Shown in pieces: positions 1 to 12,884 of a stretch of DNA of 64,000 bases. A program made the translations under genes and the position numbers. The stretch comes from Octopus sinensis. Taxonomy: Eukaryota. Position 1 is the stretch's first letter. Each line of letters starts with the position of its first letter. The notes below the pieces were generated by a model. The model had not been told where the DNA came from. It worked only from the letters and a program-made list of their open reading frames with translations, and ran no database searches. The stretch covers positions 18,786,001 through 18,850,000 of the forward strand of contig NC_043005.1 in NCBI RefSeq assembly GCF_006345805.1, read 5' to 3'.

Positions 1-94
1 CAATAAACACTCACAACGCCCGGTCTGGGAATCGAAACCGCGATCCTGCGACCGCGAGTCCGCTGCCTTAACCACTGGGCCATTGCGCCTCCAC
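1..94 (-). mobile_element. tRNA-derived SINE head (body runs off the window start)
   Basis: Reverse complement GGAGGCGCAATGGCCCAGTGGTTAAGGCAGCGGACTCGCGG...GGTTTCGATTCCCAGACC has A/B boxes and is nearly identical to the head of the copy at 48289. Confidence 0.85.
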
Positions 95-1185
95 ATATCT
101 AAATATATGTCTTATAAACTGAAAAAAAGCAACCAAGAAAGCTTTTATCTGGTAACGATACAGTACGGAAATTGCAGCCAAATATGCTTCTGATCACGAC
201 ACACTGTTTAAACCCAATATGTTGAGCTCTGGAGGAAATTTGGTAAATGGATTGTGGATAATGTAATTGGCGCCACAAGAAACACAGATGCAACTATGGA
301 CCAATAAGTTCTCATACTTTCCACCTACAGCAATGGGCCCTTAATGGGGCTCAACTTCAAAGTCGTTGCTCGACCTGCAAGAAATAGAAGCCAAATATAC
401 TTTGAATCACACCTCACTATATCTAAAAAGACAATAGCTAAGATAAGGTTGGTACTAAAAACACGAAGCCCTAAATGAAATACGAAATAAACATAACTGG
501 ACAACGTTTGATCAAATATACTCTCAATCAAAGCCGACACAAACACTACCACCACCACCACCACCAACAACAACAACGACAACATCAGTGAGAGTTAACA
601 ACATAAAAGGATGACTGCTGACACAATCTGCTAATCAAATTCGTGTACAGATGTCTACTCGTTAAACGGTCGAGCTGGATGTCAAGAGACGACAACCAAT
701 CACACCTCTAAGTTGTTGGTTTTATGATCTGTATTCAACAACGTTATTGATAAGATTTCGATTGTATTGCAAAGATAATTCTAGAAACAACTGACAGCAA
801 CTTTCTTTTAGTTTATTTATTTGTTTTTATTTTCATTCTTCTTTTAATTTTATTACATTTCATTTTAGGCTTACAATTTTGTTTTTAACAAGACTTGTGA
901 CTTTCCATAATCTGCATCGCATTTATCGTTTGGCAATTTTCATAGAGTAATATAGAACACACTTACTGCGTGTAACATATGGCACATCTTTATTACTTCC
1001 ATTATCATGTGATGGATGCCTTCCGACCCGGTAACAATTCGTCCTTCTTATACAGTAATAATAATGATGTATCGAAGTTAAATGCAGATTTATTGCAGCA
1101 ACGTAACAGCAGCCTCGTCCCTATCACGGGAACTGCGTGAGCACAGTGACTATATCCGTAAGTGGGTGTATCCGTACATATATAC

Positions 1186-1455
<270 letters not shown>

Positions 1456-1759
1456 CACCGTCGTCATTAGCATCATCACTTATCGCCTATTTTCGAAGCT
1501 GTCAGATGCGTATCTATTTACATATATCTATTAATACATGTGTATTAACATACACACACCCCCACACACCTATATGTATAATATTTTATATTATCGCATA
1601 TAATATCTTATATAATCATGTGCATGGTAATACATACATTTAGATGTTTGCGCATATATATATATATACATGTATATATGCATTTGATTTATTTATATAC
1701 AGTATATATGTGAATATATTATTATTATTATTATTATCATTATTATTATTATTATTATT

Positions 1760-2098
1760 CTATGTTTGACTTTTGCTTTATATTTGTACAAGTTGGCTCC
1801 AAGTCTCACCCAGAGACCTCAAGAGACAACAGGGTTGGAAGTTCATGTTGTTGTTATGCCTAGTGTGCCATATATTTGGGGGGTGGGGATGTTGTACTAA
1901 TGAATGTCTAAAAAAAAAAAAAAAGGGTTTTTTTTTTGTTTTTTTTTAAACCGAAAATTATGGTTGTTTTAAACCTTGAGGTTACATAGAGAGTATTTTG
2001 CGTAGGATATGAGCAGTTCCCATGAGCACTATCTTTTGAACTTCTGCCATTTTTGGGTTTCCTGGTATCTGAGTTAGGTAGCTATCAGCCCCTTTTGC
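1760..2098 (-). mobile_element. R4/Dong-clade non-LTR retrotransposon, 3' fragment
   Basis: Minus frame reads KGADSYLTQIPGNPKMAEVQKIVLMGTAHILRKILSM*, the same C-terminal motif as the RLE-bearing copy at 26713. Its 3' UTR runs into (TAA)n, and TAA repeats flank both sides. Confidence 0.8.
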
Positions 2099-2127
2099 TA
2101 TAATAATAATATTATTATTATTATTAT

Positions 2128-2165
<38 letters not shown>

Positions 2166-2297
2166 TCATTATTATTTTTATTATATATATATGTATATAT
2201 GTGTGTGTTGGTGTGTGCGTTTGCGTATATATATATATATATATATTTAATTTTAGATATATATATATATGTGTGTATGAATATGTTATTATTATTA

Positions 2298-2346
<49 letters not shown>

Positions 2347-2639
2347 CATCATCATTATTATTATTACATTGTCTATAAAATAGTTATAGATGTGCTTATA
2401 ATGTTGATTTATTTCAGTATATCGGCAATGTCAATATTCTTGTTTCCACTTAAGTGGTGCTATGGGCGTGTATACACAGCTTTGCAAATGTGTTCTGTTG
2501 ATATATCTTCTTATTGATACAGGCAACATACACATACCACACACACACACCCATACACAGACACACACACACACATACGCACAAATACACACATACACAT
2601 ATATGTGTATGCATATTTATATATATATATGTATAAAAA

Positions 2640-2679
2640 TAGATAGACAGACAGAGAGACAGATAGAGAGATAGAAAAC

Positions 2680-2745
<66 letters not shown>

Positions 2746-2762
2746 CAGATAGATAGACAGAC

Positions 2763-2821
<59 letters not shown>

Positions 2822-2850
2822 CAGACAGATAGATAGATAGATAGATAGAT
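2640..2850. repeat. (GATA)n/(GACA)n tract at the 3' end of the Tx1-like element
   Basis: Direct observation. Confidence 0.97.
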
Positions 2851-3760
2851 ATGTTTCTTTATTAGCCACACAGGGCTGCACACAGATAGAACAAATTACA
2901 AGGTAGAGCTTTTCTTTTGAAGGTTTAAAAAAAATAAAAATAAAAAAATAAAAAATAAGAAAAAAATAAAAATAAAAATAAAAATAAAAATAAAAATAAA
3001 AATAAAAAGGGGGTCGATCAAAAGGGATCGTAAAAGGAGAGAAAGAGGACAAAAAAAGGGGGGGTTAAAAAAAAGGGGGAGAGGAAAAAAATTGATCAAT
3101 AGGGATCGTTATCACAGAAATGTCAATATGAAGTGTAAAGGGGGGGACGGTGAGGTTTACCCGTGGAAAGAAAAGCCTACGGAAAAGACCACGGTAACCT
3201 CGGTCAATGAAGTCACATGTTATATTTCTTTTTTTTTTTTTTTTTTTGCAAATAAGCAACTCTCTGTATTAATTTTTACGATTCATAGAATCATAGTCAA
3301 GGTGGCTTCGTCATTCATACGTGCCATCCTTGCTACATTCACCCATCTTTTTTTAAAACATTCACTAGACAAAACTTGCCTCTCTACTCTCACTTTTTTC
3401 TTCAAGTGATACTTGAAGAAGTTGATGAGAGATTGACCAGAGAGGAAAGTGTTTGTCTCTAATCCTTTCAGACGCGTCCACCAGATACATTCTTTCGCCA
3501 TAGCCACAAGTATGATAAAAATAGCTCTTCCTTCCCGCTTGAAGGAAGGAGGCGTGACGATATTAACGATAGACTCGGCTGATAAACCGACACGTCCCAC
3601 ACGTGACAGCAGTCGTTCGACATAAGCCCACAGGTGGGAAATTGCTGGACACTGCACGATTGCGTGCAGAGCGGTTTCGTCGCTCTGCCCGCATCTCGGG
3701 CAGGTCGGCCCCGTGTTTCTCGAGCCATGCCTATAGAGCTTATCCCGAACGGGTAGCGCA
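2851..3760 (-). mobile_element. Tx1/L1-clade LINE, 5'-truncated, with C-terminal zinc-binding (zf-RVT-like) domain
   Basis: 3283-3760 encodes LPVRDKLYRHG...CPRCGQSDETALHAIVQCP...AKECIWWTR...FKKRW. The 3' UTR ends AATAAAGAAACAT directly followed by (ATCT)n. Confidence 0.85.
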
Positions 3761-4040
<280 letters not shown>

Positions 4041-4485
4041 TTCGATGTCGAGTAAAATATCCCACATACTGGGAAACTACGGAAGACAATGAGTAAAGAC
4101 TTTCAACTGAGATCATCAATTGCACTTGGGCCACACACGAAAACTGGAATTTCATGTTCAGGAAATTGATAGTCTCGTTCGCTATCCTAGCCGTGTGCTT
4201 ATGACGTTCACTTAGAAAGAACTTGATTCCAGTTTCACTTACCTGCGGTTTATCAAGGGTAAGTGTTTTGTGATGTAGCATCAGGTTGACCAATATTTAT
4301 AACTATGTACCTGTACGGTCGGGAATTGAGCGGATCGCTTTGTAATTATAAGGACCGCAGTTTGATCCTAGTGCTAGAAGTAACAGCGTAACACATTTGA
4401 CTATTTATCTCTCTATCTATCTATCAATCTATCTATCTATCTATCTATCTATTAATCAAGGTAGATAGATAGATAATTGTCTCTT

Positions 4486-4792
4486 TATCTTGTTTGTTCC
4501 TTCTCAAGCCACGCCCGGATCATTAGGGCCGGTTTCCCGGTTTCCTTAGCGTATAGGTTGCACACCTGGACGGGACGCCGGTCCGTCGGAGGTGAGCTGC
4601 AAGATGCAGGGGGAAAAGTGATAGAAAGCTGTGGCGAAAGAGTCAGCAGAAGTTTCGCCATTACCTTCTGCCGGAGCCGCGTTTAGCTTAGGTGTTTTCG
4701 CTCATAAACACACATCGCCCGTTCTGAGATTTGAACCCGCGATCCCTCAACTGCGAGTCCGCTGCTCTAACCACTAGGCCATGTGCCGCTAC
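4486..4792 (-). mobile_element. tRNA-derived SINE, same head/body as the 48289 copy but a different tail
   Basis: Minus strand: GGCACATGGCCTAGTGGTTAGAGCAGCGGACTCGC head, GAGCGAAAACACCTAAGC body, and a tail containing GGCGTCCCGTCCAGG...GGAAACCGGG (reminiscent of Meta/V-type central domains; unverified). Confidence 0.8.
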
Positions 4793-7146
4793 CTCTTTAT
4801 CGTACTATTAGCATTATCTAATATACACAGATGGCTATTATGATCTAATGCTTTTGTTACAATAATCGATTTTTATTCAATCGGGGGTTTGGTAGGGAAT
4901 TGCAACACCACGATTGTTAAATCCCTGTTTTCCTGCATCGATAGCGATGCACCTTGTCTTAGCATACAATTGGCTATGAGTACATGCAGCTGGAAACACG
5001 CAACATAGGAGAAATGTGTATCTAGTATTCTTACCGCTGCCGTTGGATGATTTCCCTGTGGTGTTGATATATTTGTGTTTTTAAACACGTCAATCAGAGA
5101 TATGATCTTCGGACAAACACCGTCTTAAATTAGCCATTTTTGCGATGTATTTGCAATAAAGTATGACTGTTTTTTTAAAATATATATTTCATTTATAGCA
5201 TCATCAAAGCTACTTTTAATCGAAGACAGAAATATTACTAGATAACAACGTTTGGGAATTCTTTAATTAATTATAATGGCATTTCAAGAATTATTTGATT
5301 CACATAGAAAAATGTACGAATTTCCTTTGAAATAATGAAAGTTCGCGATCACAGCTATTTGTTTATTTACTTATTTCTCGTTTCTGATAATTTTACTTAA
5401 TATGTTGGCTTTTCTCGATTCTGAAAATGTAGGCGCAAGAATGATTATATATTAAAGTAATGAATACAGCTAAATCATTACGTGTATAATTTGCTTGAAG
5501 GAAAATGTGGAAGCTCGTCGGAGGAATCAATCATGTGCTTCAGTGGTAGATATTATCAGTTTTCCAGTTTGAGATGAGTAACGGTCCCTTGGAAAAGGCA
5601 CGGGGCAGTGCCTTTCTGTAGTTAATTAAGCTATTAAAATGTGGAAAGCCTTTTAATAGCTTTAATTTCTCAAATCTTAATCTACAGTTCAAATTCATGG
5701 TCCGTGCCAGTTCTACCCTAAAAATGAGTTACAGAAAACCGTGAACACAAGCGGGCCCATTCATTGATTTCTTTTATTAATTTGGAATTCGGATCAAATG
5801 TAATATTTTCCAGAAAGCAATATGATGGGATGGTTTTTAAAAATGGGAAAATTAGGTGTTGTTAAAGGCACAGTTGGGAATATTCAGGTTAAATCGTTGA
5901 AAGATAAATAGTTAAATAGGGAAATAGTTCGATAAATCCTTTACATAACAATGAGGACAGATTGATTTAAACCACCAGATTAAATATTTTGGGGGAGGAT
6001 AAACGAGACAGGAAGGAAGTAGAATGCAATACATTAAACATCAAATAACCATGGTTACATCAAAAAGTTAAATTATCGCGGGAAGGATGGACCTGGTGAT
6101 GGGTTACGAGGCAGAGGAGCTGTAACGGTAGAGGACACTATATCTTCTCTATCACTCTTTACACATTTATATATATGCATGTATGTGTGTGTATACACAC
6201 ACACAACACACACACACACACACACACACAACACACACACACACATATATATATATGGTCGGCTCCAGCTCGTATACGTGCATTGGGTTCCTCAGTTTCC
6301 ATCCAGGCTCCTCGGCTAATGTTTGTGCCAAAAGTGACTTTGAAGTCCAACATTTGACTGAGTTTACCAACTTCGTGAAGCATTACGAGAATGAAGGGAG
6401 TGATCTAACTCAAGCTTGTTTACGTGTATTCAAGAGAACTCTTGAAAAACTTTCAGGAAATGTTTATCTGCTGAATCATATATTTTTCCGAATTATATAA
6501 AGTCTTAGATTTTGACTTTCTACAATGCAAGTGTGTATTTCTCATCTCGATCTTATCTTGACCTGTTTCATTTCTATTCTCGATTTCGAGGTTTGCATTG
6601 AATTATTGCTTTATGAGATTTATCGTTGTTGTTTTCTCATTTAATTCTTGCCCTTGCGAATTATAATTTTTATGTATGTTATTATAAGTTTTATGTATTT
6701 TTCTGTAGGATTTCATTTTTAATCCATTTCCAACAAAACTTGTGTAAGTTCGTTCTTGATAGAGATCTCCTGAACATCCTACAGTATCCTTCTAAGCTTA
6801 CATTATTAGTTCTACAACATTAAGATCTGAGAAAAATTGCTGGTGTGACATTTAAGTTATCGATATATTCCATGTTATTTCAACCAGAAATATTACAAAT
6901 TGCTGCTGCTAGTTGCATCGATCTACGATCAGCTTGTTAGGATAATCAATAAGAGATTATGTTGTCAACGCACTGATATTCTGAAGTGACAAGCTTTTGG
7001 GTCATTTAACTTTGGCGAAATAGTCCATTGGTCCAGTTTAGTTAGTAGCTATTGTTCAGAAGCTGTCCTCAGATTACTTACCACCATAAAATATGTTTTA
7101 TACATTTAGATGTACGTCAAAATGTTTGACATGTATTAGTTTATCA

Positions 7147-7475
7147 TCTCTCTATATAAAAATAGCAAAATGTCTGCGTGCGTGTCCTTTATACAAATCC
7201 ACAATTTTTTAGTTAGAGGGCTCGCACTTTCTATGGCTATTCAAAACCGTCCAAGGGTGGTCGTGCACATCTTTACATTTCCCCAGTCAACCCGCAAAGC
7301 CATTAAAAAATCAATAGAAGAGACTTTTTTGTGAATTTTCTATCCAAAACCCAATCAAAATGCCCGAAAATTGATAGGCTAATTGAATGCCAGCTGTATG
7401 TGATTGGTCGGAGATTTGGACAGTACTCGCGTGTATGTGCGCACGCATGCAGGTGTTGCCGGGTCATAGTGCTAG
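7147..7475 (+). mobile_element. Non-autonomous Helitron (family B)
   Basis: Starts A|TC...CTATATAAAA and ends GTTGCCGGGTCATAGTG-CTAG|T. Both ends are shared with the inverted copy at 24670. Confidence 0.75.
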
Positions 7476-8629
7476 TAATATTATAGATAGCGTTTTCAGT
7501 GTGTCATTTTAAAGGATATCCACAGTATCACCATCATCACGTTTTTCGTTGCCTGTTACTAAAATATACTAAAATATACTTTTTTTGCTTGATGCATTTC
7601 GACAGGTACCATACTGATTATTTGATTGCTTTTACTAAAGTCTCTCAGGTAAGAAATTTTACTGTGTAATATTTACTCTGTTGTAAAAGACATTTTGTCA
7701 GGTGTGCGTAGTGGTAAACCTCTGTTCCTAATTTGTGGGGTCTTGCATGTTAATGTATTTAAAGATGTAACCCTGAACATTCTACATCCAGATCTGTTGT
7801 ACTGTTTTGTTTTCTGCGCCATGTTTTACGAAAAAGGTTATCGTTCAGATGCCACAGTAGCCGTGGCAACCGCATCCTACATTTGATGTGCACATATTGT
7901 GTGTTGTAACTTCACCAGGTTGGTCTTAGTATTAGGAGGATTTTAGTTATTATTCAGTTTTATATACACTTGCACACATACATAAATATATACATGCATA
8001 TATGTAATATAATACACACATACATACCTACACACGCGGGCGCGTTCGAGTGTCTACATGTTTAATCACAACGCATTTCTCTGTCCAAATACTTTATTTA
8101 TGATAGCGTGTTAGCACCACCATCAAATATCTTCTTATCAGTCTTTCTGTCTATACGTATGTAAGCATATATACATGCATAACACATGTATTTATATATA
8201 CATATATGTACACATATACACAAAGAGGGAAGTGGAGAGATAAAACTCGTAGCAGTAACAGCTAACTAAATTTATCAAATGTAAACAGATATCTTATATA
8301 TGTCGTGCAGGATACAATTAAAGTAATTTTATCTTCCAATGTTTTCTATTAAATTCCCAGAAATCATATTCCGCGAATTAAAATTCTAAGATTTGCTTTT
8401 TTAATGTATTTCTTTCTTACATTTCAGTGTGAAAGAAGTTTTAAATTCTTATCTTAATAGCTTAAATCGCTTAAACGTAAGATGTTTCCATAAAGGGAAA
8501 ATGTATTTCAAAAATTTGGGAAATAAAAACAGGTGTCTCTACAATCTGAGTGTTCTCAATTTGCCCAACCCTCTGTATTTGTCACTTTTATTCTTTTATA
8601 TATATGTATATATATATATGTGTATGTGT

Positions 8630-8831
8630 GTGTGTGAGCGTGTGAGTATCGTTGGCGATTTTCTTTCTCCGTCTTCCCTTCTTTGGACTTTTCATTTTCT
8701 ATGTTTCTAACGAAGAGCTCCGCTCGAAACGTTAAATCCTCATTCTTTCTTTCCTTTCCTGAGCATCCAATAACACTATACTTGTTCCAAGTCCTCGTGT
8801 TGTTGTGTTTTCTCTTTGTTCATGTTTGGAT

Positions 8832-8835
<4 letters not shown>
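8630..8835 (+). mobile_element. ~200-bp non-coding repeat with hammerhead-like motif (family H1, copy 1)
   Basis: Reverse complement of the copies at 14663, 54263 and 60151. Contains CTAACGA-A-GAGC-TCC-GCTC-GAAACGTT (G5 mutated) and abuts (TA)n. Confidence 0.75.
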
Positions 8836-8862
<27 letters not shown>

Positions 8863-9063
8863 TTACGTGTTTCAGTCATTCCACCGCTGGCATGGGGTGC
8901 CCCCTTGAAAGTCAGTGAAGCAAGTCGAACCATCTCTTATTCTTTTAATGTCTGTCACTTATTCCAGCGGTAATTTTAGCAGAATCGGTAGGTAAATGGG
9001 ACGTAAACAATTGTAGTAGAAGACAGTCGCATATATATACACACATACGTGTATATGCACATA

Positions 9064-9173
<110 letters not shown>

Positions 9174-9548
9174 CTTAATTGCGATTAAAGTTATTGGCTT
9201 CATGTTAAGTAGGAATATACCCTAGTGACTTAACAATTTTTCAGACCAAACATATGGAGAAAGGTGTTCGCCCCCATTTTGAAAAAAAAATGACCGCTTG
9301 CTTTTCCAAAATGGAGGCAAGCACCTTTCTCCATGTGGTCGGCTTGTAAACTTATTAAGGGACTTGATATATCCTATTTTTCTTAACAAGGAACGAATTG
9401 TAGACTTAATTCACAAAGAAATAAATTATATCAAGCAATGGTGTTGCGCATTCATTTCATCGTTTGACATTTACGTATATATATATATATGTGGATGTTA
9501 TATATCATATATATATGGATATATATATATGATAATATATATATATAT

Positions 9549-9579
<31 letters not shown>

Positions 9580-9586
9580 TTATATA

Positions 9587-9659
<73 letters not shown>

Positions 9660-10447
9660 CAATAATAAATCTCTGAGCGAGATATAAACAGTAGCTGCAC
9701 GACATTGTGATATATAGTTGCCACCTAAATGCTGCTGACCCATTAGGGACGATGCTACTGTAGGTTATAGCCCCAGGAAGACATCTCCTCCAGCTGGCTA
9801 TTGACACACTGTCTGTGCCCTTTCAGTATTTGCAAAGGGAAGTCATCGATCCCATCACCAACCTGACGTGATACAGACGAACCCGAGTTTCTGGGTACTG
9901 ACCCGTCATCGGCGTGTAACAACCAGCGGCTGGTGATGGGAAGTGATTCTCAATGCAAATTCATATACTTTTTCCAGCGGCTAAAAGTTACTGATCTCGA
10001 AAAAGGGGAAACAAGCAATAATAAATCTCTATAAGAAAATGAAGAGATTCAATTAATATAAATTAATTTATTGATTAATTAAGAATAATTAACATTGCCT
10101 AATGTTCTTTCAGTTCACACTCAATACAAATTGCAAAACAAATATAGTAAAATACATTTCCATTGTGATCATTTCGAGCAAAATATTATCAAGGCGAGAG
10201 GACATTAATGAAGCTATATTTTGATCGGTTTAGATACTCCAACAGACTGAATGTGAGCTGAAACAATTGTACTCAATTGATTAATAAATTAATTTATATC
10301 CATCAAATCTCTCCATTTTCTTACTTAATAATATTTGATATTTATATATTTTTATTTAAAAATATTTCTTCACAATATAATATGTTAAACCAGTGCAACG
10401 CGGGGGGAACCATCCCTATAAGAGTTATATATATCCTCATAGTCTTA

Positions 10448-10485
<38 letters not shown>

Positions 10486-10578
10486 CAATGCAGGTGTTTC
10501 TAACACCCTAGTCGCATTTAGTGACAATTATAGATTTCCTTTCTGGTAAAACATTGCAAACTGGTGCATATATATATA

Positions 10579-10722
10579 TAGGACGTGTCGCTGAAACGTT
10601 TGATTGCCACGGCTTCGATGACTTAGTTGGTATGTCTACAAAATTTATGTTGACTTGAGTCGATACAATATTACCTTGATAAATGTTTCTAACATATCCA
10701 CAAAACTTTAAAGGCAGCATTT
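10579..10722. repeat. ~140-bp interspersed repeat, second copy at 45461-45602
   Basis: TAGGACGTGTCGCTGAAACG...AAAGGCAGCATT is nearly identical in both copies, each starting at a (TA)n tract. Confidence 0.85.
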
Positions 10723-11307
10723 GTTGATTTCTTGTTACATACACTCTAGAGGGGAATGAAAGGTTAAGTTGACTTAGATGGAATTACAACTCGGAATGAT
10801 GTTCGAAAAGACATTTTGTCCAATGTGTCCATCCATCCTCCACCATGATATAATTGTTACTATTTCTGACAACGGGCCATATATTTCGGTGACGAAAGCA
10901 TCGCTTAAATTTGACCCCCAAGTGTTTGATTGGTACTCGAAAGAATATTGTATCTTGCTTGAAGCATTGTGATGAATTTCTGAATTAACCATATAGTGAA
11001 CACAGAAACCTTCTTTATTTCATTATATTGGCCATAAGGCCTTACACAGACAAAGGAAGGTGCGGGCTGGACTTAGACATAATGTTATATGAAATGAAAA
11101 TGATGATTAATGGGGTAAAAAGCGACGTCCGCCGATCGATATTTTCCCGAGAACGTTGATCTCTTATATATTGTTCATGAGGCAACAAACCTCTTCACTG
11201 TTCACAATGTTCAATAACAGAATTCAATAACAAAATGAGGCGATAAGCCTCTTACCTTTCTTTCCAAATTCAGATCATTCAATAACACTGAGGTTTTTAA
11301 CCTCTTA

Positions 11308-11766
11308 TCAATATTCCTCCTGAACATCGCTTGTGCCCGCATACTCCGTCATCACCCACGCCTCATTCAAGATCAAAGCGGGTGCCGTGTCGGTGTCGCC
11401 CGGTCACAAGCGATATTCCTCATTGAGTCCCTTCAGCCAATTCATCACGGGCAACGCTATGACCTCCACAGCTTTCTGCGGAGGCCATTCGGGATCCTGT
11501 GTGCAGCCTAAAGGTGCTACCTTATGGTGCTTTCCAGCCACCTTTTCTACCTCTCCGCCTCTATGGAAGATGACCAATAATTCATCTTCCTCAGGAGGCG
11601 GGATATCCAATCCTACCGTTGGCGGCACAGTTCCTGCCAACGGTGTCTCTTCCCCTGCCGGTGGCACATCCCCAACCAACGAGGTTCCGGGGCATTCCGG
11701 TATTATGTCACCGACTGCCGGCAATATCCATGCGGAAAACTTCTTACAATACGAAAACGAAAAAGT
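11308..11766 (-). other. GC-rich, coding-like orphan segment (153-codon frame with one internal TGA)
   Basis: Visibly higher GC than the flanks. Minus frame ...WILPAVGDIIPECPG...EWPPQKAVEVIALPVMNWLKGLNEEYRL*PGDTDTAPALILNEAWVMTEYAGTSDVQEEY*. No family recognised. Confidence 0.3.
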
Positions 11767-11880
11767 TTAATAATATTTATACATTTCAAGTACAAACATC
11801 AATGATCACCAGAGGTAAACAGACAAGAAATGTCAGTACTGGACATGCTGGTCATTTCCGACCGGTACTTTATCCACACA

Positions 11881-12108
11881 CGGCGAGCTGGCAGAAACGT
11901 TAGCACGCCGGGCGAAATGCTTAGCAGTATTTCGTCTGCGTTACGTTGTGAGTTCAAATTCCGCCGAGGTCGACTTTGCCTTTCATCCTTTCGGGGTCGA
12001 TAAATTAAGTACCAGTTACGCACTGGGGTCGATGTAATCGACTTAATACCTCTGTCTGTCCTTGTTTGTCCCCTCTGTGTTTAGCCCCTTGTGGGTAATA
12101 AAGAAATA
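11881..12108 (+). mobile_element. tRNA-derived SINE with Deu/Nin-like domain (family B, tail 1), 18-bp TSD
   Basis: GGCGAGCTGGCAGAAACGTTAGC head and GCCTTTCATCCTTTCGGGGTCGATAAATTAAGTACC body. GGTACTTTATCCACACAC is duplicated at 11864-11881 and 12109-12126. Confidence 0.9.
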
Positions 12109-12829
12109 GGTACTTTATCCACACACATTTCTTGACTGTTTGCTTCGGAAAATTGACCATCGTGCCTGAAAAAAGATGAAGGTGATTGATTTATTTTCCT
12201 TCCCCTATTGTAAGAAGTTTTCTATCATCACGGATTTATTTTGCTGATAATTTTGCAACCACAGAATTATAGAAGAAAAATTCGACTTCGTCGGGATTGA
12301 ACTTGCTAGTTAACATGTTCCAAATGAGGATAAAAACCGGAAAAGTTATCAGATATATATTTGTTTCAATCTTGACAATCATCAACCTAATTGTTTAGTA
12401 CTTTATCTTATATTGACAAGAAGGAATAAAATCTCAACTGAACAAACATAAGAATTAGGTTTGGAGTCGAACTATATATTTTTAGCTGTTTTCTACTTCC
12501 AGCTCCCAACACTTACTCTGTCATTTCGAATGGTAAGAATGAGAAAACCAAAGACAAAATTGTCTTAAGCTGTAATTGAACTCCGCTTTAAATTGAAATT
12601 CGGATTTGAAAAAGAATTTATGGAAAAGAAATAAAATTGTTTTTTTTATTTATTGTAGTTAAATCCGTTTTCAAATCTCATTTTTATTTGGACGTTTTTT
12701 TCTTTCCCATTTCTTCGAAGATTCTTCACATAAATTTTCATCTATTAAAACGTTGTTTTATCAACTTCAAATAAAATAATTATGAAAATCACACACATAC
12801 ATATATATACGTGTATGTGTGTTTGTGTA

Positions 12830-12884
<55 letters not shown>

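Noticed and set aside
6260-6500. Protein-like frames (LAQTLAEEPGWKLRNPMHVYELEP; FEVQHLTEFTNFVKHYENEG)
   Set aside because: No recognisable domain or splice structure, and the ORF length depends on adjoining microsatellite.
10581-10625. GAAACGTT...TCGATGA read as a type II hammerhead
   Set aside because: Core deviates at two positions and the helices do not form.
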